Below are positions 8,090-16,886 of a stretch of 34,387 nucleotides of DNA, piece after piece. The stretch's first letter is position 1. Each line of letters opens with the position of its first letter. The stretch comes from Desulfobacterales bacterium (lineage in GTDB: Bacteria; Desulfobacterota; Desulfobacteria; Desulfobacterales; JAHEIW01), in contig JASFGH010000001.1 in NCBI GenBank assembly GCA_050123865.1, forward strand, positions 1 to 34,387, read 5' to 3'. A program made the position numbers and the translations under genes. The notes under the pieces were generated by a model. That model had not been told where the DNA came from. It did not search any database and saw nothing but the letters and a program-made list of their open reading frames with translations.

Positions 8090-8959
8090 ATGATTTCAAA
8101 ACGCATTTTGAGGAAATCGGCATTATGCGCCCTGAGTCTGGGCGTGATATATACCCTCGCCTGCACATATTTGTGGGCGCGGCAGGGCCATTTTATCTTT
8201 GAGCCCCGACGAGAGATAAAAAAAACGCCGGCTATTCACCAACTTCCTTACGAAGATATATACGTGGCCGTAACGGATGGGAACGGAAACCCGGAACATA
8301 TTCATGGATGGTGGATCCCGGCTGACCCGCCTGAGGCCAAAGTGCTGCTGTACCTTCACGGCAGTGCTCTCAATGTCGGTGCCAATGTTGATGCGGCCCG
8401 GCGATTCAATGAGATCGGATATTCGATTTTTCTGGTATCCTATCGCGGATATGGCCTTAGTGATGGAGAATTCCCAACCGAAGAGCAAATGTACAGCGAT
8501 GCCTACGCGGCCTGGAATTATCTGGTCCATCAAAAAAGTATCTCCCCCGCAAGGATTTTCATTTACGGCCATTCAATCGGGGGTGCCATTGCCATTGATC
8601 TTGCCGTAGGTCACCCGGAAGCGGCCGGATTGATTGTGGAGGCATCGATGACGTCCATTATCGATGTGGCACGTCTTCAAAATACCTATCGATTTTTTCC
8701 GCTGGAACTCATTGTCGATCAAAAATTTGATTCCCTCTCGAAGGTCGGGCAATTAGAGCTGCCGGTATTGTTTATCCATGGCACGCAAGACACACGGGTT
8801 CCGCCTGAAATGAGCAGCCGTCTGTATGAAAATACGTTGTCACCGAAACGCATAAAATTCATCGATGGCGGCGGCCACAATAATTGCGGTACGGTGGGTG
8901 GCGAAGACTATGTGCGCACCATCATGGAATTCGAGACGCTTGTCAGCCAGTTTTCATAG
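8090..8959 (+). CDS. Alpha/beta-fold hydrolase (BEM46/S9-like), N-terminal membrane anchor
   Basis: ATG at 8090 (the track ORF starts at an upstream TTG, 8069). Nucleophile elbow GHSIGG; HGSALN oxyanion region; C-terminal IHGTQDTRVP and GGGHNN (Asp/His of the triad). Confidence 0.8.
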   Translation: MISKRILRKSALCALSLGVIYTLACTYLWARQGHFIFEPRREIKKTPAIHQLPYEDIYVAVTDGNGNPEHIHGWWIPADPPEAKVLLYLHGSALNVGANVDAARRFNEIGYSIFLVSYRGYGLSDGEFPTEEQMYSDAYAAWNYLVHQKSISPARIFIYGHSIGGAIAIDLAVGHPEAAGLIVEASMTSIIDVARLQNTYRFFPLELIVDQKFDSLSKVGQLELPVLFIHGTQDTRVPPEMSSRLYENTLSPKRIKFIDGGGHNNCGTVGGEDYVRTIMEFETLVSQFS

Positions 8960-9069
8960 ACACCATCTGCCGGCAGGACGCCCTTCCTTATATCTCGTGA
9001 ACGATCTCGTTTAATCGCCTTTTTTCACGACAATTCTTTCAGCTGAAAACAAATCTGGAAGTTCTCCAT

Positions 9070-9477
9070 TCAGACAAGCCACCTGGCAATAAAATAACCA
9101 GCAATGGCAACGGCCGTGCAAAGCGCCATCCCCCAGATGATATCGACCACCACGATGTTCAGGGGCCAGTCTTTGAGCAGGGCTAAATTGGTGAGCTCAT
9201 AGGTCATGTATGTGAAGAATCCAAAAAGCGCGCCGTACAGCATCGCGTGCTGCCATGAATCTCTGGTCACCGCGGGTATAGTGGCAAATATGAGAATCCC
9301 GGCAATGTAGAGGAGATAAAAAAGGATAGCAGCCGGCCAATTGACATTCGGGCTTAAAATATAGCCTAAATTTCTCTGATAAAACCCCTTGGCAATAACG
9401 CCCAGCCAAATCAGGTCAATAATGAAAAATACCGGTACGGTCAGAACATAGAGTTTTAAATAGAATAAGACGTTCAT
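9070..9477 (-). CDS. DUF2177-like polytopic membrane protein
   Basis: 135 aa with 4 TM helices. Resembles DUF2177 through IIDLIWLGVIAKGFYQRNLG...FGFFTYMTYELTNLALLKDWP. Confidence 0.6.
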   Translation of the reverse strand: MNVLFYLKLYVLTVPVFFIIDLIWLGVIAKGFYQRNLGYILSPNVNWPAAILFYLLYIAGILIFATIPAVTRDSWQHAMLYGALFGFFTYMTYELTNLALLKDWPLNIVVVDIIWGMALCTAVAIAGYFIARWLV

Positions 9478-9528
9478 GTAAACCTCATCAAAAGGGCTGT
9501 TGTATCAATTATAAAACCCATGGGATGA

Positions 9529-9975
9529 CTATTTTGCCGGGTTATCAAATGCCGAGCGCAAGCGCTCCACGCGTCGCCGGTTGACGCCAAAATCGTAATA
9601 GCCCGACCGCGATGCGGATCTCACATGGATGATGGGCTGCTGGGCAGAAAAGTAAAATTCGACATCATCGACAAACCGAAAGATCAGCGAGCGAAATTCG
9701 GCATGGAGAATTTTTTTTTCGACTGATACCAGGCGCACGCCCCGGGACTTCTTCAGGATGTCGATTAGCTTTTGCCGGGCATTTTCAAAGCTCCCCCTAT
9801 ACACAAAGGGTTTGATGAAATGCTGATCATCATTGCTCAGCGAAGAAACGCAGTTTGGGGAGTTCGGGCAGGGCTGCAATTTATCAGCATTGGTCACTGT
9901 GTCCGCTGCAACATGCGTGGTTCCGAATAGAACACACATGAAGATTGAAACATCTTTTAAGATCACGTTTTTCAT
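9529..9975 (-). CDS. DUF1499-like secreted protein
   Basis: The preferred start is ATG 9975 (MKNVILKDVSIFMCVLFGT..., a signal peptide), which overlaps the USP stop as ATGA. The motif CPNSPNCVSS...DDQHFIKPF is typical of DUF1499. Confidence 0.6.
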   Translation of the reverse strand: MKNVILKDVSIFMCVLFGTTHVAADTVTNADKLQPCPNSPNCVSSLSNDDQHFIKPFVYRGSFENARQKLIDILKKSRGVRLVSVEKKILHAEFRSLIFRFVDDVEFYFSAQQPIIHVRSASRSGYYDFGVNRRRVERLRSAFDNPAK

Positions 9976-10409
9976 ACGGGTATAATCAAGGTGGGAATTT
10001 CGGTGCATTTTATCACGCGGTCAGCAACACTGCCAAAGTCAAAATGTGCTTCGCTGCCCCGGCTGGCCATAACGACCATGTCGATGTTTTCTGTTTCAAT
10101 TAATTTGAGGATCTCTTTGGCAGGGTCACCGACACTGATGTGGCGAAAATAAAGCGGACACGCGTTTAAGAATTTCTCACAAATCTCATCCAGCCGCCCT
10201 TCAGCAGTCTGCTTTTCCCATTGCTTCATTTTTTCGATATCTTCAGGATCATTGTGACCGTAAGAGGCCCCGACGGCGGGGTAGTCTTTGAGCACATAGA
10301 GAATATGAATCTCTGCGATATATTTTTCAGCCAAGGATGTGACCACAGGCAGTGCTTTAGCAGCATTTTCAGAAAAATCTGTTGGCCACAAGATCTTTTT
10401 TATTTCCAT
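9972..10409 (-). CDS. Universal stress protein (UspA family)
   Basis: 145 aa; KKILWPTDFSENAAKAL...DMVVMASRGSEAHFDFGSVADRVIKCTEIPTLIIP; SD GGAGGAG upstream. Confidence 0.85.
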   Translation of the reverse strand: MEIKKILWPTDFSENAAKALPVVTSLAEKYIAEIHILYVLKDYPAVGASYGHNDPEDIEKMKQWEKQTAEGRLDEICEKFLNACPLYFRHISVGDPAKEILKLIETENIDMVVMASRGSEAHFDFGSVADRVIKCTEIPTLIIPV

Positions 10410-10652
10410 CGTTTTGATCTCCTCCGTTTTATTAAATGTCAGCTAATTTTCACAGTTTAATCAGAAACATAAATGCCGTTTGCTAAATTAATAACATGTT
10501 GGGGTTTAGCTTTGATAAGTCATAATAAGCATTTCTCTGCTTACCACCAAATAGAATTTTTACGATAGTGTTCAGCCGCAGTGAAATATCAAAAGATCAA
10601 TCTTTTCTGGATACGCCAGGATGTGTAATCGGTTCGGGTGAGAATTGAGGTT

Positions 10653-10726
10653 TGTGGTGGTCCAGCGGCATTCACTCAGCCAAGGAAAGGAGGTAAACTT
10701 AACTGAAACTGAACCACCACCACAAC
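10653..10726. other. Imperfect long hairpin built on (GGT)n/(ACC)n arms inside a 555-bp ORF-free spacer
   Basis: Arm tgtggtggtccag (10653-10665) pairs with ctgaaccaccaccaca (10709-10724), giving 11 of 12 bp. The 43-nt loop carries AAGGAAAGGAGGT (SD-like on +, anti-SD-like on -). The function is unknown and the stem is not statistically exceptional. Confidence 0.3.
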
Positions 10727-10964
10727 GGAGGCTTATGACATCTATACAGAGATGCAAGCGCATTAAAAGTTACATTTATTGCCAAATTAGGTGCAATATT
10801 CTGAGCTCGCCGCTGTCTCGTTACTTTCGGTCATTTTTGTAAATAAATCCCTGATATCGATCAGAAAAGCCATGCAGTGGGCGCCAAACCACCAGATTTC
10901 GACCAGTATTTGCAGCAGATCGGTATCCAAACAGTCATCGATAGGTTCTTCTTTCCATCAAAAT

Positions 10965-12251
10965 TTATCTTGCGGCTAAATCAGGGATCAACGACTCCCG
11001 CCGGCACATGGGTTTGGTAAACAGCATCTGCACATCGCCAATGTAGCACTCCGCGAAACCCGCTTCGCAATAGCTGAGATAAAAATCCCACATGCGAATA
11101 AACGCCTCTGAATAGTCCAGCCCTTTGACATCATCAATGTTTTTAAAGAATTGCTCCCGCCAGCAGGCCAGGGTTTTGGCATAATGCGGCGTGATATCTT
11201 CCAGATGAAAAAGACGCAGGTCGGTCACTCTGGCAATCGAAGATGCAATCGCTGCGATGGACGGAATGCAGCTGCCCGGAAAGATATAGCGCTTGATGAA
11301 GTCAACCGAGTGCTTGTGGCGCTCATACACCTGATCGGCGATGGTAATGGCTTGCAGCAGCATCATGCCGTCCGGTTTGAGCAGCCGACTGCAGGATTTG
11401 AAATAGACATCTAAATATTGATGCCCGACAGCCTCGATCATTTCGATCGAAACCAGTTTACTGTATTTCCCCTTCAAATCCCGGTAGTCTTTCTTCACCA
11501 GCTCAATGCGATCGGCAACGCCGGAATCGGCAATGCGCTTTTTGGCCAGTTCGAATTGCTGGTCGGAAATTGTCGTGGTGGTAACGCGGCAGCCGAAATT
11601 TTGAGCCGCATAAATGGCAAAACCGCCCCAGCCGGAGCCAATTTCGATTATGTCATCATGGGGGCCGAGTTTAAGCTTGCAGCAGATGCGGTCGTATTTG
11701 GCAAGCGAGGCGTCTTGCATACTGCTGTCGTCGCTTTCAAAAATGCCGCAGGAATAGGTTAGGGTTTCGTCTAAGAACAATCGATAAAAATCATTGCCCA
11801 AATCATAATGAGCCACGATGTTTTTACGACTGCCGCCACGAGTATTTTTTCGCAAAAAATACCAGATTTTATGAAAGGGAGTTGATATCTTCGACCAGCC
11901 CTTATCCAGGCGTTCAAAACTATCGTGATTTAAGGCCATAATCCGCAGTGCAGTTGTCAGATCGTCTGCCGACCACAAACCGCTCATGTAAGCTTGTGCC
12001 GTGCCGATGCTGCCCCCGAGGATGGCTTTGCTGTAAAATCGCGGATGATAAACGTTAATGACCGCCTCTAATGGAAAAGCAGTGCTGGTTCGACCAAAAA
12101 CATAACGCTGCGGGCCTTCAAAGATGGTGATTTGACCCCGCTTTAGTTTGCGCAGAATGCCAAAAAGAAGTTTGCGCGCCAGCCCGTCCGTCGGACGCGT
12201 CTGGAGGTTTTCCAATGCCAGTGCATCTGATGGCATAATTGATGTCGTCAT
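10965..12251 (-). CDS. Cyclopropane-fatty-acyl-phospholipid-synthase-like (CMAS family) enzyme, long form
   Basis: 428 aa. Motifs: HYDLGNDFYRLFLD, SAM motif IIEIGSGWGGFAIYAAQNFGCRVTTTTIS, LVSIEMIEAVGHQY. The start overlaps the DUF1365 stop (ATGA at 12248-12251). Confidence 0.9.
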   Translation of the reverse strand: MTTSIMPSDALALENLQTRPTDGLARKLLFGILRKLKRGQITIFEGPQRYVFGRTSTAFPLEAVINVYHPRFYSKAILGGSIGTAQAYMSGLWSADDLTTALRIMALNHDSFERLDKGWSKISTPFHKIWYFLRKNTRGGSRKNIVAHYDLGNDFYRLFLDETLTYSCGIFESDDSSMQDASLAKYDRICCKLKLGPHDDIIEIGSGWGGFAIYAAQNFGCRVTTTTISDQQFELAKKRIADSGVADRIELVKKDYRDLKGKYSKLVSIEMIEAVGHQYLDVYFKSCSRLLKPDGMMLLQAITIADQVYERHKHSVDFIKRYIFPGSCIPSIAAIASSIARVTDLRLFHLEDITPHYAKTLACWREQFFKNIDDVKGLDYSEAFIRMWDFYLSYCEAGFAECYIGDVQMLFTKPMCRRESLIPDLAAR

Positions 12252-13030
12252 CGTTGATACCTTCCTCCTGCATAATGTCGTTTCTTGGGATGAACAAACA
12301 CAGGGGTCTTTTTGAGCAATAACCGCAGCGCCTGCCAGTAGATCATGGTGGTGACCTTGGCCGTCATCAACGGATATTTAAGCAGTACATCGGTCAGAGC
12401 CCATTGACTGATCTCACGACGTTTCAAAGCCAGACTGGCATCAAATAGCAATTGTTCTTTCTCATAGTCGATCATATGGACGCGGATCGATGTATCGGGT
12501 TCGCGAAAGCGCCAATCATAATCGATATTCATATCGATAAACGGCGAAACGTGAAAAATCTTAGCAAAACGATGCCGCCGCCAGTTTTTGACCGGATGTT
12601 CGCTATCCTCGCGGTCTAAAACGTAGCAGTGAACTTCACCCCAGGGCGTGTTGTGTATTTCAACAATTATGGTTTCAACACTTGAATCGGTTTTATCGTA
12701 GCAGTAGTAAAAACTGGCCGGGTTGAAGCAATAACCGAAATAGCGTAAGTGGGTCAGCATCCGAATCGGCCCCCCGGGTGTACGCCCGGTCTTTTCGGCA
12801 ACCAGACCTCGAACCGCCACGTCGATCGGCTGCTGCGGATCGCCAAAATGATCTTTACGTCTAAAATAGGCGATGTTCGGCCGCTGATATGACCAGAGCG
12901 GATGGCCATCAAACACATGGGGCAATTCTGCCAGATCTAAATACATAAAAAACAGGCGGTACCGGAACATATTCGGCCTTGGCCTGGAACGGCGATGCCG
13001 AACAGAGCCCTCGTAAATGCAACTATGCAT
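12248..13030 (-). CDS. DUF1365 family protein
   Basis: 260 aa. YEGSVRHRRSRPRPNMFRYRLFFMYLDLAEL and HLRYFGYCFNPASFYYCY are characteristic DUF1365 motifs. SD AAGGA upstream. Confidence 0.85.
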   Translation of the reverse strand: MHSCIYEGSVRHRRSRPRPNMFRYRLFFMYLDLAELPHVFDGHPLWSYQRPNIAYFRRKDHFGDPQQPIDVAVRGLVAEKTGRTPGGPIRMLTHLRYFGYCFNPASFYYCYDKTDSSVETIIVEIHNTPWGEVHCYVLDREDSEHPVKNWRRHRFAKIFHVSPFIDMNIDYDWRFREPDTSIRVHMIDYEKEQLLFDASLALKRREISQWALTDVLLKYPLMTAKVTTMIYWQALRLLLKKTPVFVHPKKRHYAGGRYQR

Positions 13031-13185
13031 GCGTCATCCTTGCAAACATACCGCTTTTGCAGCTAAACTCTACAAAAATAAGCACAAAATGAATTTCGTC
13101 AGCAGGGTGATAGATTTTATTGCCGGACAAGCAGGATTCACAGTAGCCCGGCCAGTATCTGAATCAACTTCATTTAGAACTGATA

Positions 13186-14430
13186 TTAGAGAGATTTTCC
13201 GAAATGTTTTCCAACTACCAACGCACTATTGACCCCATCCTCGTGAAATCCATATCCCCAGTAAGCGCCGCAGAAATAGGTTCGCATGACACCGTTGATC
13301 TCCTCATGGCGATTTCTGGCAGCCAGGCTTTTGGGGTTATACACCGGATGATGGTAATGCATTTCTTTGATTTTCTTGGTCGGATCAACGGTGTTCGGCA
13401 AATTAAGGCTAACACAGTATTCGACCGGCGCCCCCAGGCTTTGCAAAATATTCATATCGTAAGTAAGGGCCACCCGTCCGGTCTCGGCTCGTGGAATATG
13501 GTAATTCCAGCTGGCCCAGGCCGCCTTTTTACTGGGTAAAACCGACTCGTCTGAATGCAGGACTGCATGATTGTCTTGATAGGGAATGGCTCCCAGGATT
13601 TCCTTTTCATTATCTGACGGATCTTCCAGCATAGCCAGCGCTTGATCACTATGGGAGGCAATGACCACCTGATCAAAGCGCTCTGGCTGACCATTTGCAG
13701 TCTGCACGCTAACATGGTCCGCATGGCGCCGGATGGATTTTACCGGGCAATTCAGACGGATGTGGTCGGCAAAAGACCGGGTCAATGGCCTTACGTATTG
13801 TTTTGAGCCCCCTTTGATAACCAGCCATTGAGGTTGGTTGCGCACATTTAAAAAACCATGGTTTTTAAAAAACTGCGCAAAATAAAGCGCCGGAAACTCA
13901 TTGAATTTAACCGGATCAGCCGACCAGATGGCCTCGCCCATGGGAATGATAAAATGCTCGATAAACAGCCGCGAAAACTTTTTGGCGGTCAAAAAATTTT
14001 CGAGTGTCAACGTGTAGTCATCGGTTTTCAAAAGGTCTTCGGATTCGCGTCGAAATTTAAAAATATCGTATATCATCCGATAAAACGCTGGCCGCAGCAG
14101 GTTCTGGCGCTGGATGAAAAGTGAATTCAAGCTGCTGGGGCTGAATTCCAATCCGGTCTTTTTACACTGCACGCTAAAGCTCATATTGGAAGGTTGCCAG
14201 GCAATACCCAGACGCTTCATTAACCGAAGAAAATTGGGATAGGTTTTCTCGTTGAATACAATGAATCCGGTGTCCACCGCATATGTTTCGCCATCTAAGC
14301 TAACATCGATGGTATGCGTGTGACCGCCGACATAGTCTTCGGCTTCAAATACAACCAGTTCATGCTCATCACTGAGCAGGTAGGCAGCCACCATGCCGGC
14401 TATACCAGTTCCGACAATAGCGATTCGCAT
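13186..14430 (-). CDS. FAD-dependent amine-oxidase-like oxidoreductase (COG2907 type; UfaD-like fatty-acyl desaturase candidate)
   Basis: 414 aa. N-terminal dinucleotide fold MRIAIVGTGIAGMVAAYLL...VVFEAEDYVGGH; C-terminal FCGAYWGYGFHEDG. Confidence 0.85.
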   Translation of the reverse strand: MRIAIVGTGIAGMVAAYLLSDEHELVVFEAEDYVGGHTHTIDVSLDGETYAVDTGFIVFNEKTYPNFLRLMKRLGIAWQPSNMSFSVQCKKTGLEFSPSSLNSLFIQRQNLLRPAFYRMIYDIFKFRRESEDLLKTDDYTLTLENFLTAKKFSRLFIEHFIIPMGEAIWSADPVKFNEFPALYFAQFFKNHGFLNVRNQPQWLVIKGGSKQYVRPLTRSFADHIRLNCPVKSIRRHADHVSVQTANGQPERFDQVVIASHSDQALAMLEDPSDNEKEILGAIPYQDNHAVLHSDESVLPSKKAAWASWNYHIPRAETGRVALTYDMNILQSLGAPVEYCVSLNLPNTVDPTKKIKEMHYHHPVYNPKSLAARNRHEEINGVMRTYFCGAYWGYGFHEDGVNSALVVGKHFGKSL

Positions 14431-14467
14431 TTAGGCCTCTCTTTGATAAATTCGCATTATTGAGAAG

Positions 14468-15455
14468 TTAACCCGTGCCGGCAACCACCCTATTTCGGTT
14501 CCGCAAGCCTTCCGGCAAGCCCCGCAGATCCCAGACAATGCCCATCCATGAGAAGATCTTGAGGAAATAGTAGGTGATATCAATTTCCCACCAGTAAAAC
14601 CCCTGGCGCACGGTGATGGCATAATGATGGTGATTGTTATGCCATCCTTCACCCAATGTAATCAGCGCTAACAGGGCATTATTGCGACTGGTATCCTGGG
14701 TATTATAGCGTCGGCTGCCGAACATGTGATCAAAGGAGTTAATGGTCACTGTGCCGTGAAAAAGCGCCACTGAAGAAATAAAAAAGCCCCAGATGAGCAA
14801 CTGCAGGCCGTTGGTTCCCAGTTGAGGCGTATAAATCTTAAGAAGATGGCCGCCGACAAACAAGGCGACCGCCAAAAGAATGGGGATGACAATGTCAAAA
14901 CGATTGATCCAGCGCAGCTCCGGAAACCGGGCCCAATCTTTGACATATTGCATTTTGGTTGGAAAATTCGCCGGGGACGTCAACCACCCGATGTGGCTCC
15001 AGATAAATCCATGCTGGCGGGGCGAATGGATATCTTTTTCTGTATCTGCGAAGCGGTGGTGATGGCGATGATGCGCTGCCCACCACAGCGGCCCGCGCTG
15101 GACGGAAGAATTGCCAGAACCGATTGGTTTTAAACGTGTTATGGGAAAAATAACGATGGTAGAATCCGGTGATGGCAAACATGCGAATAAAATAAAGCAC
15201 CACTGCCGTTACAACGGCAAACCAGCTCCATCCTACCCAGATGACGCCCAGGCACATCAGGTGCATGATGACAAACGGCAGGATGCGAAACCAATCGACT
15301 TGTTTGAGGTCGGTGCTGGAGGTTACTTCGGCCGCTGCCTCGGTATCGAACCAGCGCCAGAGGGCCAGCGGAAGAGTAGATTTTTTTTCAGAATGCTTTT
15401 CAGTGCGCATATCTAAAACTTTTGTAAAGTAAAAGCCGACAACACATTTAAACAT
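14468..15455 (-). pseudogene. Membrane acyl-CoA/acyl-lipid (delta-9-type) desaturase disrupted by a short out-of-frame deletion
   Basis: The N-part frame (15455 or 15410 down to about 15114) ends ...GFYHRYFSHNTFKTNRFWQF. The C-part frame (from about 15115) starts GNSSVQRGPLWWAAHHRHHHRF... and runs to GEGWHNNHHHY. All three His boxes are intact. The two frames share the same nucleotides at 15113-15120, and about 5-8 residues of the usual spacer are missing. Confidence 0.8.
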
Positions 15456-15611
15456 TGGAAGCTATTTCAGGAAGGGTATCGCACATAGTTAATTAATTTT
15501 CACGAAAATAACAACACTTAATACAGGTTGACATGAAGAGGAGAATCAAACCAGGTTCAGCGATCAGAATGGCACCGCAAGAAGATTTGAATTCAATTTT
15601 TGTCGTGCGTA

Positions 15612-16207
15612 TTACCTGAAAGTCCTTACAGCGCTCATACCTCCATCAACATGAATGATCTGACCGGTCATCCAGGCACTGGCCTCCGACAGCAAATGGA
15701 CGGCGACCTGAGCAATTTCTTGCGGTGTTCCGATGCGCTTTGCCGGATGACGCTCTGCGGAAGCCTTGCGTTTTTCTTCACTGGACAATAGGCCCTGTGC
15801 CAGAGGTGTATCCGTTAGTGAAGGCGCAATCGCATTCACACGAATACGGGGTGCAAATTCAGCCGCCAAAGAGCGGGTCAAGCCCTCCACCGCCGCCTTG
15901 GCGCCGGCGACGGAAGCATGGAAAGGCATGCCTATTTTGACAGCCACGGTGCTGAACAGAACAATAGCAGCTCCGGTTGTCGATTTTTTTAAGCAACGAT
16001 GCCATCCAACACGTCCGGCAGCCCTTCGAAATTAAGCGAATCCGCCTGCACATCGAGCGTTAGATGATGCAAACCGTCCAGATGGGTTAAGGCATCATTG
16101 GAACGCGACCCCACATAAACGGTGCTATTTTTTTTGTGGAGCGCTTTGGTAATCTCCAGACCGATACCGGAGCTGCCGCCAACGATATAAAAATTTTTTG
16201 TGTCCAT
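15612..16207 (-). pseudogene. Short-chain dehydrogenase/reductase (SDR) with an internal ~100-nt out-of-frame deletion
   Basis: ATG at 16207 is preceded by GAGGAGGG. The N-part MDTKNFYIVGGSSGIGLEI...LPDVLDGIVA hits TAA at 15989-15991. A second frame resumes directly with LKKSTTGAAIVLFSTVAVKIGMPFHASVAGAKAAVEGLTRSLAAEF...HVDGG. About 35 residues between the LDGxV(Y) strand and the substrate-serine strand are absent. Confidence 0.75.
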
Positions 16208-16299
16208 GTGCTCCCTCCTCAAATGATCGGCCAGCGATGGTCAAGTGGCGACGGAAAATTGAGTGATGACAAACCGATCTGTGATTATAAATTTCGCGT

Positions 16300-16767
16300 T
16301 TATTGATTTTTTTTGCGCATCTCATTTTGGCGCATGGACATCGAATCGATCAATTCAAAAACGTCTGTCAAATTGACCCGATTGTGACGCTTTAGCTTTA
16401 CGATCCCATCTTTGCCCACCAGAATCAGGGTGAATGAACGTTGCGGTACGGCAAAATGATCTCGAATCGAATTCTCCGTCTGCCGGTCTAACGGCGTAGT
16501 GTTCATTCGAGATGGACCCTGCTCAAGAATCTCAAAAATTACCAGATCGCGATCTTCAACTTCAAAAGGTTGATTTGCGATTTCGCTCTGCAATCTATTA
16601 AAAAGTGAATTGCTCGCATCCGGCGTAAACAGAAAGAGCAATCGATTCTTCCACTGGAATGGTTTTAAATCCATTGGCAACGCATCCTTGCGATCATGAA
16701 TCAATAGGGCTGACGACATGATACCAGCAACTATCAGCACCCTCGTATATTGAGTGAATCTTTCCAT
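16300..16767 (-). CDS. DUF4174 family protein (secreted)
   Basis: 155 aa with an N-terminal hydrophobic segment. Motifs FQWKNRLLFLFTP...ILVGKDGIVKLKRHNRVNLTDVFELIDSMSMRQNEM match the DUF4174 pattern (IDxMPMRQxEM-like). Confidence 0.7.
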   Translation of the reverse strand: MERFTQYTRVLIVAGIMSSALLIHDRKDALPMDLKPFQWKNRLLFLFTPDASNSLFNRLQSEIANQPFEVEDRDLVIFEILEQGPSRMNTTPLDRQTENSIRDHFAVPQRSFTLILVGKDGIVKLKRHNRVNLTDVFELIDSMSMRQNEMRKKNQ

Positions 16768-16886
16768 CTTTTAAAATCCATTTGCAAATTTGGGTTTACT
16801 GCCCATAATTGGGTATACGATAAGTCAATGCGTGGCATTGTAAAGTTTTATAGATCAAATCACCTTACGGAACAGTCCGCAGGAAT

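Noticed and set aside
10735-10842. 35-aa basic, Cys-containing small ORF (MTSIQRCKRIKSYIYCQIRCNILSSPLSRYFRSFL) after a GGAGG in the long spacer.
   Set aside because: The SD-to-ATG spacing is only 3 nt. The peptide has no hydrophobic or known toxin-like character. There is no conservation evidence available.
13031-13185. 155-nt gap between the FAD oxidoreductase and DUF1365 genes, which are usually adjacent or overlapping, as a further deletion scar or internal promoter.
   Set aside because: Both flanking genes appear full length. I found no recognisable gene remnant or significant structure in the gap, so there is insufficient evidence either way.
14468-15455. Programmed ribosomal frameshifting as an explanation for the two-frame desaturase (and for the SDR and FeS-BCP genes).
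   Set aside because: There is no slippery heptamer or downstream structure at the junctions. At the desaturase and SDR junctions conserved residues are physically missing, not merely out of frame. Deletion is the simpler explanation.
15570-15585. Sigma-54-like TGGCAC element (tggcaccgcaagaag) in the spacer upstream of the desaturase.
   Set aside because: The -12 element is GAAG instead of TTGC, and the motif is on the plus strand with no plus-strand gene downstream.
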